This document shows positions 31,018 to 41,173 of a DNA stretch of 64,000 nt, in pieces. The stretch's first letter is position 1. Every line of letters begins with the position of its first letter. The notes under the pieces are model-generated. The model searched no databases. It saw nothing but the letters and a program-made list of their open reading frames with translations, and had not been told where the DNA came from. The DNA is from Alphaproteobacteria bacterium (GTDB lineage: Bacteria; Pseudomonadota; Alphaproteobacteria; MPNO01): the NCBI GenBank assembly GCA_963667285.1, contig OY763326.1:1490233-1554232 (forward strand), given 5' to 3'. The translations under genes and the position numbers were made by a program.

Positions 31018-31572
31018 CTAGCACGGCAGCCCCGGGGGTACAAGCTCGGCGCCCGGCGGGGCGAGGCGGACCAGCCTGCCGTTGGTCACCCGCTCGCCGG
31101 TCAGGGCGCGGATGACTCCCCAATGCGTGACGACGGCGGTGCGCGACCAGCCCGGATCTCCCGCCATCCGCTCGGCGAAGCGTGCGCAGCGCGCCGCGAA
31201 GGCCGGCTCGTCCTCCTCCGATATCGGCCACCAGCGCTCCGCCAGATGGGCGAAGTCGTATTCCGGCCAGGCGCGGGCGAGCTCCGAACGCCGGGTTCCG
31301 TGGTCGCAGGAGAAGCTGAACCGTTCGCGGACATCCGGGTCGATGACGACCGGGACGCCGAGCGCCCGGGCCACCGCGTCGGCGGTCTGGATGGCCCGCC
31401 GGTACGGGCTCGCGACGATCCGCTCCACCCCCTCCCCCGCGAGGGCGGTTGTGATCCGGCGCGCCTGGCCGCGCCCGCGCGCCGTGAGGATCGGGTCCGG
31501 AACGCCCGGGTCGATCCGCGTCACGCTGAAGAGCACGTTGAATATCGTCTGTCCGTGCCGGATCAGGATCAT
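31018..31572 (-). CDS. histidine phosphatase (phosphoglycerate mutase-like) family protein
   Basis: 184 aa. It has the N-terminal RHG motif (MILIRHGQT) and SPYRRAIQTA. Confidence 0.8.
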   Translation of the reverse strand: MILIRHGQTIFNVLFSVTRIDPGVPDPILTARGRGQARRITTALAGEGVERIVASPYRRAIQTADAVARALGVPVVIDPDVRERFSFSCDHGTRRSELARAWPEYDFAHLAERWWPISEEDEPAFAARCARFAERMAGDPGWSRTAVVTHWGVIRALTGERVTNGRLVRLAPPGAELVPPGLPC

Positions 31573-31976
31573 CTTCTTCGGGAGGGCGGCTTCACCAGCT
31601 GGTCGAAAATAACGCTGCCCCAGACACCCTCAAAGATGATCTGCACCAAGCAGAGGCGCAAACGCGGCGTCAGGAGCGCGAAACCCATAATATCGGTAAC
31701 GACACCGGGCGTGGCCAGGAGCACGGCGGCGATGACGAGCCCGACCGATTCCTGGATTTCGTCTGCCGGGAGCTCTCCCTGCGAGAAGGCGGTCAGCGCC
31801 CGCCCCACGACGGAGGCGGTCTGCCGGGAGAAGATCCAGCCGCCAACAAGCCATGTGCCGATGAAGAGGCCCATTATGGGCTCGATGCCGATCATCCCGT
31901 AAAGCGCGACCGACAACCAGATGTCGAAAATCGGAAGGAAGAAGAAGAGCCAGAAGGACCAGGGGAACCAATGCAT
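31569..31976 (-). CDS. fxsA: FxsA-family membrane protein
   Basis: 135 aa, hydrophobic. LLATPGVVTDIMGFALLTP is the FxsA signature. Confidence 0.8.
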   Translation of the reverse strand: MHWFPWSFWLFFFLPIFDIWLSVALYGMIGIEPIMGLFIGTWLVGGWIFSRQTASVVGRALTAFSQGELPADEIQESVGLVIAAVLLATPGVVTDIMGFALLTPRLRLCLVQIIFEGVWGSVIFDQLVKPPSRRR

Positions 31977-32129
31977 CGTCGAACCTCTCCCGCTTGCGCT
32001 TTGGCCGTGTTGGGCCTATTTACAGACTCTCGCTGCGCCGTTTCGCCAGTCAAGCGATACTGGTACAAGAGGTTCGCACGCCTCGGTTGTGGGGAGTGCC
32101 GCGGGGACGAAGCGTCAAAGGACGCGTCC

Positions 32130-32843
32130 ATGGAAGGCTTCCAGTTTCTCGACATCATATTCTTCGCGATGATCGCGGCGTTCCTTGTGTTCCGGCTGCG
32201 CAGCGTTCTCGGCCGCCGCACCGGGCACCAGTCGCGCCCGCCGGACAACATGGCGGGGCGCCATGCGGAGACCGAGGCCGAGGGCAACGTCATCGAGCTG
32301 CCCGACCGCACGGAGACCGAGCCCGACCGCACGGAGACCGAGCCCGGGCGGGACGACGACGAGGCGTTCGAGCCCGCCCCCTCCGACGATCCCCTGGCGG
32401 ACGGCATCGCGCGGATCGCGGCCGCCGACCCGGCCTTCGACCCGGACGGGTTCGAAGCCGGAGCGCGGGCCGCGTTCGAGGCCATCGTCCATGCCTTCGC
32501 GACCGCCGATACCGGCACGCTTCGCGCGCTGCTCGACGACGAGGTGTTCGACAACTTCGAACGGGCCATCCGCGAGCGGCTGGATCACGCCGAGACTCTC
32601 GAGACCACGGTCGTCGGGATCAAGAAGGCGGAAATCGTCGAGGCCTCGATGAGCGGCCGCAACGCCGTGGTCACCGTGACCTTCGTCTCCGAGCAGGTCA
32701 ACGTGACCCGCGACGCCGATGGCGAGGTGCTCGACGGCGACCCGGCGCAGGTCACCGACGTGACCGACATCTGGACGTTCGCCCGCAACACGCGGTCCCG
32801 CGACCCCAACTGGAAGCTGATTGAGACGCGGAGTCCCAGCTGA
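32130..32843 (+). CDS. Tim44-like domain protein (N-terminal TM helix, acidic linker, C-terminal Tim44/NTF2-like domain)
   Basis: 237 aa from MEGFQFLDIIFFAMIAAFLVF. The C-terminal DIWTFARNTRSRDPNWKLIET is typical of bacterial Tim44-like proteins. Confidence 0.8.
   Translation: MEGFQFLDIIFFAMIAAFLVFRLRSVLGRRTGHQSRPPDNMAGRHAETEAEGNVIELPDRTETEPDRTETEPGRDDDEAFEPAPSDDPLADGIARIAAADPAFDPDGFEAGARAAFEAIVHAFATADTGTLRALLDDEVFDNFERAIRERLDHAETLETTVVGIKKAEIVEASMSGRNAVVTVTFVSEQVNVTRDADGEVLDGDPAQVTDVTDIWTFARNTRSRDPNWKLIETRSPS
32301..32342 (+). repeat. perfect 2 x 21-bp in-frame tandem repeat (PDRTETE x2) in the Tim44-like linker
   Basis: CCCGACCGCACGGAGACCGAG occurs twice back to back, at 32301-32321 and 32322-32342. 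Confidence 0.95.
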
Positions 32844-34062
32844 GACGGTCGCGCGCTCGCGCCCCTGCCCTGCGCCGCTCCGCATCGCCCCCGGCGGGAT
32901 CGCGGCGGCCCTCGCCGCACTGATGCTGGCTGCCGCGCCCGGCTGCTCGCCGGACGAGCAGCGCGGCGCCAACCCCGCCCTGGAACCGGTGGCGTTCGCC
33001 GACCTGCCCGGCTGGGCGGCGGATCGCCATGCCGGGGCCCTAGTCGCCTTCAGGCGGAGCTGCACCAGGCCGATTCGCTACCCGGCGCAGGCCGGCGCGG
33101 ACGCCGAGCGGTTCGGCCGCGCGCAGGACTGGCGGTCGGTCTGCGCCGCAGCCGCGCACATCGCCGACGGCGACGAAGCCGCGGCGCGAGACTTCTTCGA
33201 GCGCCGCTTCCGCCCCTTCCGGGTGGTCGGCAAGGACGGCGACACGGGGCTGATCACCGGCTACTACGAACCGGAGCTGGCCGGCGCGAGACAGCGGAGC
33301 GATGCCTACCCGGTGCCGCTGCACACCCGGCCGCGCGACCTGGTGACCGTGGACCTGTCGGAGTTCGGCGACGGGTTCGACGGCGAACGCCTGGCCGGCC
33401 GGGTCGAGGACGGCCGGCTGAAACCCTATTACAGCCGCGCCCAGATCGTCGACGGAGCGCTCGCGGGCCAGGGGCTCGAAATCATCTGGGTCGCCGATCC
33501 GATCGAGGCCTTCTTCCTGCAGATCCAGGGGTCGGGGCGGGTGCGGCTGCCCGACGGGGAGATCCTGCGCCTGGGCTACGCCGCCACCAACGGCCGGCCC
33601 TATACGGCGATCGGACGCGAGCTGGTCGCCGAGGGCGCGCTCGCGCTCGAGACCGTCTCGCTGCAGTCGATCCGCGCCTGGCTGCGCGCCAATCCCGAAA
33701 GGCGGCGGGACATTCTGGACAGGAACCGGTCCTACGTGTTCTTCCGCGAGCTCCGCGGCGAGGGGCCGATCGGAACCCAGGGGGTCGCGCTCACCCCCGG
33801 CCGGAGCCTCGCCGTCGACCGCCGCTTCCTGCCGCTCGGCGTGCCGCTGTGGATCGACACCCCGGACCCTCTCGACCCGGAGAACCCGCTCAGGCGGCTG
33901 ACGGTGGCGCAGGACACCGGCGGCGCGATCCGCGGCGCGGTGCGCGCCGACCTGTTCTGCGGCGCCGGGCGGGAGGCCGAGGAGCGGGCCGGCCGGATGC
34001 GCTCCCCGGGCCGCTACTACGTGCTTCTGCCGCTGGACCCGTCCCGGGCCGCCGGGGTATGA
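32821..34062 (+). CDS. mltA: membrane-bound lytic murein transglycosylase A
   Basis: ITGYYEP, FLQIQGSGRV, the 3D domain VDRRFLPLGVPLWID and DTGGAIRG are present. The start is uncertain. TTG at 32821 gives a lipoprotein-like leader ending in APGC. Confidence 0.8.
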   Translation: MRRGVPAETVARSRPCPAPLRIAPGGIAAALAALMLAAAPGCSPDEQRGANPALEPVAFADLPGWAADRHAGALVAFRRSCTRPIRYPAQAGADAERFGRAQDWRSVCAAAAHIADGDEAAARDFFERRFRPFRVVGKDGDTGLITGYYEPELAGARQRSDAYPVPLHTRPRDLVTVDLSEFGDGFDGERLAGRVEDGRLKPYYSRAQIVDGALAGQGLEIIWVADPIEAFFLQIQGSGRVRLPDGEILRLGYAATNGRPYTAIGRELVAEGALALETVSLQSIRAWLRANPERRRDILDRNRSYVFFRELRGEGPIGTQGVALTPGRSLAVDRRFLPLGVPLWIDTPDPLDPENPLRRLTVAQDTGGAIRGAVRADLFCGAGREAEERAGRMRSPGRYYVLLPLDPSRAAGV

Positions 34063-34069
34063 CGAGACC

Positions 34070-34873
34070 GTGTCCACCACCGGCGGGGAGGCCGGCCCGG
34101 CAATGCCCAGCGATACCGAGCCCCGGGCTGCGGTCGGGTTCTTCGCGACCTGCCTGGTGGATCTGTTCCGCCCCTCGGTCGGGTTCGCGGCCGCGCGGCT
34201 GATCGAGCGGGCGGGCTATCGGGTCGTCGTGCCCAGGGCGCAGTCCTGCTGCGGCCAGCCCGGCTACAACAGCGGCGACCGGGAAGGCGCGCGGCGCGCG
34301 GCGCGGCGCGCCGTCGCCGTGTTCGAGGGGTTCGAGCATGTCGTCGCCCCGTCCGGGTCCTGCGCGGCGATGTTCGTGCACCACTTTCCCGACCTGCTGT
34401 CCGACGACGCGGGATGGGCGGGCAGGGCCCGGGCGCTCGCGGGCAAGACATACGAGCTGGTGGATTTCCTCGCCCGGGTCGCGGGCTGGCGGCCGCAAGC
34501 CGCACGCCCGGCGGCCGGCAGCATCACCTATCACGATTCCTGCGCCGGGCTGCGCGAGCTCGGCATCCGCGAGCAGCCGCGCGCGCTCATCGCGGCGGCG
34601 GGCGCCCCGGAGCTGCGCGAGATGGAGGGCCCGGACATCTGCTGCGGCTTCGGCGGCACGTTCTGCGTCAAGTATCCGGCGATCTCCGAGGCGATGGCGG
34701 ACAAGAAGATCGACGCGATCGAGGCCACCGGCGCCGGCACGGTGGTGGGCGGCGATCTCGGCTGTCTGCTGCATATCGAAGGCCGGCTGTCCCGCCGCGG
34801 GTCCGCGGTCGGGACCAGCCACGTCGCCCAAATCCTCGCCGCCGGGTCCGGCGACGGCATGGGCGGAGACTGA
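34070..34873 (+). CDS. lutA: (Fe-S)-binding CCG-domain protein, lactate utilisation LutA-like
   Basis: VGFFATCLVDLFRPSVG ... CCGQP and a second CCG motif, DICCGFGG, are present. Confidence 0.8.
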   Translation: MSTTGGEAGPAMPSDTEPRAAVGFFATCLVDLFRPSVGFAAARLIERAGYRVVVPRAQSCCGQPGYNSGDREGARRAARRAVAVFEGFEHVVAPSGSCAAMFVHHFPDLLSDDAGWAGRARALAGKTYELVDFLARVAGWRPQAARPAAGSITYHDSCAGLRELGIREQPRALIAAAGAPELREMEGPDICCGFGGTFCVKYPAISEAMADKKIDAIEATGAGTVVGGDLGCLLHIEGRLSRRGSAVGTSHVAQILAAGSGDGMGGD

Positions 34874-34875
34874 CC

Positions 34876-36294
34876 GTGCACGCCGACAGCGCCCGGTTTC
34901 CCGACAACGTGACCGCCGCCCGCGGCGACCCCACGCTGCTGGGCGCCCTGCAACGGCTTCAGCGCGACGCCCGCGCCGGCCGCGCCGAGGTGATCGCCAG
35001 GCTGCCCGAGTTCGAGGCCCTGCGCGACGCCGCCAGGGAGATCCGCAACGGCGCGCTGGCCAACCTGGCCGCCAATCTCGAACGCTTCGAGCAGAACGTG
35101 ATCGCCAATGGCGGCGCGGTCCATTGGTGCCGCGACGCGGCCGAGGCCGGCGCGGCGGTCACCCGCATCTGCCGCGAGGCGGGGGCGCGGACCGTCGCCA
35201 AGGGCAAGTCGATGGTCTCGGAGGAGATCGCGCTCAACGCGGCCCTGCTCGGGGCGGGGTTCGACGTGGTCGAGACCGATCTCGGCGAGTACGTGCTCCA
35301 GCTCCGCGACGAGACGCCGAGCCACATCGTGATCCCGGCGATCCATTTGACCAAGGACCAGTTCGCCGAGACCTTCCGCGACGCGCATGACGCGCTGCCG
35401 GAGGACCGCTCGCTGGAGGAGGCGCGGGCGATCACCGACGAGGCCCGGTTCGCGCTCCGCGACGTCTTCCTGCGCGCCGATGTCGGGATCACCGGCGCCA
35501 ATTTCCTGATCGCCGAGACCGGCAGCGTGGTCATCGTCACCAATGAGGGGAACGGCGACCTCGCCCAGTCCCTGCCGCGCACGCATATCGTCGTCACCGG
35601 CATCGAGAAGGCGCTCGGCACCGTCGAGGAGGCGCTCACCCTGGTCCGGGTTCTCGCGCGGTCGGCGACCGGGCAGGAGATCTCCGCCTACACCACCTTC
35701 GCCACCGGCGCCCGGCGCGCGGACGACGCGGCCGGCCCGGAGGCGTTCCACGTCGTGCTGGTCGATAACGGCCGCAGCGACCTGCTCGGCGGTCCCAAGC
35801 GCGAGATCCTGCGCTGTATCCGCTGCGGCGCCTGCCAGACCGTGTGCCCGGTCTATGGCGCGGTCGGCGGCCACGCCTATGGCGCGGTCTATGCCGGGCC
35901 GGTGGGTTCGGTGCTCACCCCGGCGCTGAGCGGGCTGGAGACGGCGAAGCATTTGCCCGAGGCCTCGTCGTTCTGCGGCGCCTGCGAGGCGGTCTGCCCG
36001 GTGCGCATCCCGCTCCCCCGGCTGCTCCGCCTGTGGCGGCAGGACGCCTTCCAGGCGCATCTCGGGCCGACCGTGCTGCGCTGGGGGCTGTTCGCATGGT
36101 CCGCCCTGACCGCCTGGCCCCGGGCCTACCGGGCGGTGGGCGCCATCGGCGGCGGGGTTCTCCGGCTCCTGGCGATGGGACGGCCCCGGCTCGCCCGCCT
36201 GCCCTTCGCCGGCAAGTGGACCGGGGGTCGCGACCTTCCGGTCCCCGAGGGCGGCACCTTCGTCGGCCGGTGGCACCGGCGGCGCGGGAAATGA
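34876..36294 (+). CDS. lutB: iron-sulfur cluster-binding lactate utilisation protein LutB
   Basis: 472 aa from a GTG start. It has a LUD domain (GITGANFLIAETGSVVIVTNEGNG) and the 4Fe-4S motifs CIRCGACQTVCP and CGACEAVCP. Confidence 0.85.
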   Translation: MHADSARFPDNVTAARGDPTLLGALQRLQRDARAGRAEVIARLPEFEALRDAAREIRNGALANLAANLERFEQNVIANGGAVHWCRDAAEAGAAVTRICREAGARTVAKGKSMVSEEIALNAALLGAGFDVVETDLGEYVLQLRDETPSHIVIPAIHLTKDQFAETFRDAHDALPEDRSLEEARAITDEARFALRDVFLRADVGITGANFLIAETGSVVIVTNEGNGDLAQSLPRTHIVVTGIEKALGTVEEALTLVRVLARSATGQEISAYTTFATGARRADDAAGPEAFHVVLVDNGRSDLLGGPKREILRCIRCGACQTVCPVYGAVGGHAYGAVYAGPVGSVLTPALSGLETAKHLPEASSFCGACEAVCPVRIPLPRLLRLWRQDAFQAHLGPTVLRWGLFAWSALTAWPRAYRAVGAIGGGVLRLLAMGRPRLARLPFAGKWTGGRDLPVPEGGTFVGRWHRRRGK

Positions 36295-36920
36295 GCGTCC
36301 CGCGCGACGACATTCTCGGGCGGATCCGCGCCGCCAACCCGGGGCCGGCGGTGCCGGTATCGCCCGGGCCGGTGCCGGCCCGCGGACGGGGAGAAGCCCC
36401 GGCGCTGCGCCAGCGTTTCTTCGGCGGCCTCGACATGGCCGGGGTGAGCCATGCGACGGTGACGTCGTGGCCCGGGGTCGGCGCCGAGATCGAACGCTTT
36501 CTCGCCGAAGCCGGTCCCGGCGGGGGTCTGGTCGCCTCGGACGATCCCATGCTGGAGCCCTGCGGGCTCGACCGGCTGCCCGGGCTTCGCCGCGGCGCGC
36601 CGGAGGCCGGCGACGGGGTGTCGATCACCGGTACCGTCGCCGGCATCGCCGAGACCGGGACGCTGATGGTCCGCTCCGGCCCCGATATCGCCAACGCGCT
36701 CCATTTTCTGCCCGACACGCATGTCGCGGTGGTCGACGCCGCGCGTATCGTCGGCGCCTACGAGGACGCGTTCGCGCTCTTGCGGGCCGGCGGCGCGCCC
36801 CTGCCGCGCAACGTGACCCTGATCACCGGGCCGTCGCGCTCGAGCGATATCGAGCGCATCCTGCAGATCGGCGTGCATGGGCCCAGGACGCTGCACGTGG
36901 TGGTGTGCGATGCCACCTAG
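36291..36920 (+). CDS. lutC: lactate utilisation protein LutC (LUD domain)
   Basis: 209 aa. GIAETGTLMV and LITGPSRSSDIE are present. The start overlaps the lutB stop codon (ATGA). Confidence 0.8.
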   Translation: MSVPRDDILGRIRAANPGPAVPVSPGPVPARGRGEAPALRQRFFGGLDMAGVSHATVTSWPGVGAEIERFLAEAGPGGGLVASDDPMLEPCGLDRLPGLRRGAPEAGDGVSITGTVAGIAETGTLMVRSGPDIANALHFLPDTHVAVVDAARIVGAYEDAFALLRAGGAPLPRNVTLITGPSRSSDIERILQIGVHGPRTLHVVVCDAT

Positions 36921-37431
36921 GCGGCGCGGCCGCGAGGCAAGCGCCGCCGACCGCGCGCTGTTCCTGGCGGCGGTCGGCGAGGCGAGGCCGGTCGGCGGGG
37001 ACGATGCCGGGCCGACCGGCGGCGCGCCCGCGCCGCGCCGCGCCGCGCCCCCGCCGCAACCCGTCGACGCCCCGCCGCCGGCGCTGGCGCCCGGCGCGGC
37101 GACGGGGGTGGATGCGCGCGCCGTCCTCCGGCTGCGGCGCGGCCAGACGCGGCCGCAGGCCCGGCTCGACCTGCACGGCCACACGCTGGAGCAGGCGCAC
37201 CGGGCGGTCGTGCAATTCATCGAGCGCGCCGCTTCGGACGGACGGCGCTGCGTGCTGGTGATCACCGGCAAGGGGAGCATCGGACAGGCCGGCGGGACCA
37301 TCCGCGGCGAGTTTCCGCGCTGGCTCAACCAGGCCCGCCTGCGGCCCCGCATCCTCGCCTTCGCCGAGGCGCAGCCCAAAGACGGCGGCGCCGGCGCGTT
37401 CTACGTGCTGCTCAAGAAGCGCCGCGGATAG
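36910..37431 (+). CDS. Smr (MutS2 C-terminal-like) domain protein
   Basis: LDLHGHTLEQAHRAVVQFIERA ... VLVITGKG is the Smr motif. The start is taken at MPPRRRG. Confidence 0.75.
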   Translation: MPPRRRGREASAADRALFLAAVGEARPVGGDDAGPTGGAPAPRRAAPPPQPVDAPPPALAPGAATGVDARAVLRLRRGQTRPQARLDLHGHTLEQAHRAVVQFIERAASDGRRCVLVITGKGSIGQAGGTIRGEFPRWLNQARLRPRILAFAEAQPKDGGAGAFYVLLKKRRG

Positions 37432-37532
37432 TGTCGTGGTGAGAAAATCTCCATCCAGCCGCACCGCGCCCCATCACGCCATGGCTGGCCCCCGGAACAG
37501 GTCCGGGCAAGACGAATCGCGGGAAATGCCGG

Positions 37533-38843
37533 CTACAGGATGTATTTCGAGAGATCCGCGTCCTTGGCGAGTTCGGCGACGCGCTCGCGCACGTAGTCGG
37601 CGTCGATGCTGACGGACTCGCCCGACCGGTCGGTCGCGGTGAAGCTGATCTCGTCGAGCAGGCGCTCCATCACCGTCTGAAGCCGGCGCGCGCCGATGTT
37701 TTCCACCGACCGGTTGACCTCCGCGGCGACATGGGCGATCTCGCTGATCGCGTCCTCCGCGAAGTCGAGCGCGACGTTCTCGGTCCCCATCAGCGCCACG
37801 TATTGGCGGATCAGGCTGGCCTCGGGCTCGGTGAGGATGCGCCTGAAATCGTCCTCCGTCAGCGCCTTGAGCTCGACCCGGATGGGCAGGCGGCCCTGCA
37901 GCTCGGGCAACAAGTCCGACGGCTTGGCGAGGTGGAAGGCGCCCGAGGCGACGAACAGGACGTGGTTGGTCTCCACCGTGCCGTGCTTGGTCGCCACCGT
38001 GGTCCCCTCGATCAGCGGCAGCAGGTCGCGCTGCACCCCCTCGCGGCTGACATCGGCGCCGTAGCGGTCCGACCGGGCGCAGATCTTGTCGATCTCGTCG
38101 AGGAACACGATGCCGTTCTGCTCGACGCTGTCGATCGCCTCGCGCACCACCGCGTCCTCGTCGAGCAGCTTGTCGGCCTCCTCGTCGACCAGCACCTCGT
38201 GCGAATCCCCCACCGTCATCTTGCGCGGCGAGGTGCGCCCGCCGAACGCCTTGCCGAAGATGTCGCCGAGATTGACCATCCCCATCTGGGCGCCCGGCAT
38301 GCCGGGGATCTCGAAGGTCGGCAGCGAGGAGGACCCGCTGTCGGTCACGTCGATCTCGATCTCCTTGTCGTCGAGCTTGCCCTGGCGCAGCAGCGCGCGG
38401 AATTTCTGCCGCGTCTCGGCGCTCGCCTTCTCGCCGACCAGCGCGTCGAGCACGCGCTCCTCGGCGGCGATCGCGGCCTTCGCCTCGACCTCCTTGCGCT
38501 GGCGCGAGCGCACCATGTGGATGGAGATCTCGACCAGGTCGCGGACGATCTGCTCGACATCCCGCCCGACATAGCCGACCTCGGTGAACTTGGTGGCCTC
38601 GACCTTGAGGAACGGCGCCTGGGCGAGCCTGGCGAGGCGCCGCGCGATCTCGGTCTTGCCGACGCCGGTCGGGCCGATCATCAGGATGTTCTTGGGCAGC
38701 ACCTCGTCGCGCAGATCGTCGTCGAGCTGCTGGCGGCGCCAGCGGTTGCGCAGCGCGATGGCGACCGCGCGCTTGGCGTCGTCCTGGCCGACGATATAGC
38801 GGTCGAGTTCCGAGACGATCTCGCGGGGGCTGAAATTGGTCAA
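37533..38843 (-). CDS. hslU: ATP-dependent protease ATPase subunit HslU
   Basis: 436 aa. [16 protein letters not shown], Walker A GPTGVGKT and FLDEIDKI are present. Confidence 0.96.
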   Translation of the reverse strand: MTNFSPREIVSELDRYIVGQDDAKRAVAIALRNRWRRQQLDDDLRDEVLPKNILMIGPTGVGKTEIARRLARLAQAPFLKVEATKFTEVGYVGRDVEQIVRDLVEISIHMVRSRQRKEVEAKAAIAAEERVLDALVGEKASAETRQKFRALLRQGKLDDKEIEIDVTDSGSSSLPTFEIPGMPGAQMGMVNLGDIFGKAFGGRTSPRKMTVGDSHEVLVDEEADKLLDEDAVVREAIDSVEQNGIVFLDEIDKICARSDRYGADVSREGVQRDLLPLIEGTTVATKHGTVETNHVLFVASGAFHLAKPSDLLPELQGRLPIRVELKALTEDDFRRILTEPEASLIRQYVALMGTENVALDFAEDAISEIAHVAAEVNRSVENIGARRLQTVMERLLDEISFTATDRSGESVSIDADYVRERVAELAKDADLSKYIL

Positions 38844-38848
38844 GACGG

Positions 38849-39400
38849 TCAGATGCTTTCGATGACGACGTTTTCGTTGGTGTAGATGCAGATGTCGGCG
38901 GCGATCTTCATCGCCCTGCGCGCCACCGCCTCGGCGTCGAGATCCGCGACGTCGATCAGGGCGCGCGCCGCGGCCAGCGCGTAGGCGCCGCCGGAGCCGA
39001 TGCCGATCACCCCGTCGTCGGGCTCCAGCACGTCCCCGGTGCCCGACAGGATCAGCGAGGCGCTGGCATCCGCCACCGCCATCATCGCTTCGAGGCGGCG
39101 CAGGTAGCGGTCGGTGCGCCAGTCCTTGGCGAGCTCGACGCAGGCCCGCATCAGCTGGCCCGGATGCTGGTCGAGCTTGCCTTCCAGCCGCTCGAACAGG
39201 GTGAAGGCGTCGGCCGTCGCCCCGGCGAAGCCGGCGATCACCGCGCCGTCGCCGATCCGGCGCACCTTGCGCGCGCCCGACTTGAACACCGTGCTGCCGA
39301 GCGTGACCTGGCCGTCGCCGGCGATGACCGTCTTTCCGCCCTTGCGGACCGAGAGAATGGTCGTGCCGTCGAGCGCATAGCGTTCCCGGTGGTCCGCCAT
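38849..39400 (-). CDS. hslV: ATP-dependent protease subunit HslV
   Basis: 183 aa. It has the catalytic Thr context [11 protein letters not shown] and [14 protein letters not shown]. Confidence 0.95.
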   Translation of the reverse strand: MADHRERYALDGTTILSVRKGGKTVIAGDGQVTLGSTVFKSGARKVRRIGDGAVIAGFAGATADAFTLFERLEGKLDQHPGQLMRACVELAKDWRTDRYLRRLEAMMAVADASASLILSGTGDVLEPDDGVIGIGSGGAYALAAARALIDVADLDAEAVARRAMKIAADICIYTNENVVIESI

Positions 39401-39564
39401 GCCCGCGCTAGCCCCGTCGCCGATGCCGTTCCATCACAGGCTCACAATGTGGGGCGGGGCCGGGCGAGGTCAAGATGGGGCGGGCGGCGCCCGGCAGCAC
39501 GGCGTGTAGCCTTGCCATGGCAGATTTGCTAAATAACCGGCCGTCCCGGAACAGGAGCGGCAGG

Positions 39565-40161
39565 ATGCGCACGGCCTCGCTCGCGCGCGAGACGCGCGAG
39601 ACCCGTATCGAGGTCTCGGTCGATCTCGACGGCAGCGGCAGATACGACGTCGCCACCGGGATCGGCTTCCTCGACCACATGATGGAGCAGCTCTCGCGGC
39701 ACAGCCTGATCGACCTCAGGCTGCGCGCCGAGGGCGACCTCCATATCGACTTCCACCACACCACCGAGGACACCGCTCTCGCCATCGGCCAGGCGGTGTC
39801 GGAGGCGCTCGGCGACCGCGGCGGCATCCTGCGCTACGGCTCGGCGCTGATCCCGATGGACGAGACCCTGTCGCGGGTGGCGATCGACATTTCCGGGCGG
39901 CCCTATCTCATCTGGAAGGTCGCCTTCACCAGGCCCAAGCTCGGCGACATGGACACCGAGCTGTTCAAGGAGTGGTTCCAGGCCTTCGCCCAGGCCTCGG
40001 GGTCGACGCTGCATGTCGAGAACATCTACGGCGAGAACAACCACCATATCGTGGAATCGTGTTTCAAGGGCCTCGCCCGGGCGCTGCGGACCGCGGCCGC
40101 GACCGATCCCAGGGCGCCCACGGCGATCCCCTCGACCAAGGGCACGCTCGGCGGCGCCTGA
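39565..40161 (+). CDS. hisB: imidazoleglycerol-phosphate dehydratase
   Basis: 198 aa. [24 protein letters not shown] and NNHHIVES are present. Confidence 0.92.
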   Translation: MRTASLARETRETRIEVSVDLDGSGRYDVATGIGFLDHMMEQLSRHSLIDLRLRAEGDLHIDFHHTTEDTALAIGQAVSEALGDRGGILRYGSALIPMDETLSRVAIDISGRPYLIWKVAFTRPKLGDMDTELFKEWFQAFAQASGSTLHVENIYGENNHHIVESCFKGLARALRTAAATDPRAPTAIPSTKGTLGGA

Positions 40162-40541
40162 TGCGCATCTACGCGGCTTATGTCGACCCGGCCTCGCTCG
40201 AGGAGGATCGCGCGGTCACCATGGTCAAGGAAGGCATGTGCTGGCCGGCCCTCCTGTTTTCCGTCCTGTGGGCGGCGTGGCACGGGCTGTGGTGGATCGC
40301 GCTCGCTTTGCTTGCCGGGGTGGCAGCGGCGCTGGCGGCGCTCGCCGCGGCGGGCGCCGACGGGGCGACCGGGCTCGCCTGCCTGCTCGCGCTCTCGGTC
40401 TATATCGGCGCCTCCGCCAATGACTGGCGCTGCCGCGGGCTCGAACGCCGGGGCCGCCGGCTGGTCGCGGCGGTCGCCGGGCGCAACGCCGAGGACGCGG
40501 CCAGGCGCTTCCTCGAACGCGGCGAGCGGACAATCCGGTGA
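40161..40541 (+). CDS. DUF2628-like small membrane protein
   Basis: 126 aa. VKEGMCWPALLFSVLWAAWHGLWW resembles the DUF2628 core. The ATG shares one nucleotide with the hisB stop codon (TGATG). Confidence 0.65.
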   Translation: MRIYAAYVDPASLEEDRAVTMVKEGMCWPALLFSVLWAAWHGLWWIALALLAGVAAALAALAAAGADGATGLACLLALSVYIGASANDWRCRGLERRGRRLVAAVAGRNAEDAARRFLERGERTIR

Positions 40542-41173
40542 CGGTCGCCATCGTCGATTACGGGTCGGGGAACCTGCGCTCGGCGGCGAAGGCCTTCGAG
40601 CGCGCCGCCGCGGACGCGCCCGGCCGGCCCCGGGTCGAGGTGACCGCCGATGCGGCGGCGCTCGCCCGGGCGCGCCATATCGTGCTGCCCGGGGTCGGCG
40701 CCTTCGTCGACTGCATGACCGGCCTCTCCCGGCTCCCCGGCATGGTCGAAGCGCTGCGCGAGCGGGCGGAAGCCGGCGTCCCCCTGCTCGGCATCTGCGT
40801 CGGCATGCAGCTCATGGCCACCACCGGCGAGGAGCACGGCGTCCATGCCGGTCTCGGCTGGGTCCCCGGGCGGGTGGTGCCGATCCCCACCGCCGGCGAG
40901 CTCAGGATCCCGCATATGGGCTGGAACGAAATCGAGCCGTGCCGCGAGCACCCGGTGCTGGCCGGGATCGCGAGCGGCAGCCATGCCTATTTCGTCCACT
41001 CCTACACGATGGTTCCCGACGATCCCGGCGACGTGCTCGCGGTGACCGACTATGGCGGGCGCATATCGGCGGTGATCGGCAGGGACAACGTGCTCGGCAC
41101 CCAGTTCCACCCCGAGAAGAGCCAGCGCGTCGGGCTCGCGCTGATCTCCCGCTTTCTCGCGTGGCGGCCATGA
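40538..41173 (+). CDS. hisH: imidazole glycerol phosphate synthase, glutamine amidotransferase subunit
   Basis: 211 aa. VDYGSGNLRS, the nucleophile GICVGMQL, and FHPEKS are present. The GTG start overlaps the previous stop codon (GTGA). Confidence 0.9.
   Translation: MTVAIVDYGSGNLRSAAKAFERAAADAPGRPRVEVTADAAALARARHIVLPGVGAFVDCMTGLSRLPGMVEALRERAEAGVPLLGICVGMQLMATTGEEHGVHAGLGWVPGRVVPIPTAGELRIPHMGWNEIEPCREHPVLAGIASGSHAYFVHSYTMVPDDPGDVLAVTDYGGRISAVIGRDNVLGTQFHPEKSQRVGLALISRFLAWRP

Noticed and set aside
34070-36920. lutABC placed between mltA and smr as a possible insertion
   Set aside because: The three genes are ordinary and well-characterised family members with normal composition, and no repeats or mobile genes flank them. 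I cannot verify the ancestral synteny from this window alone.
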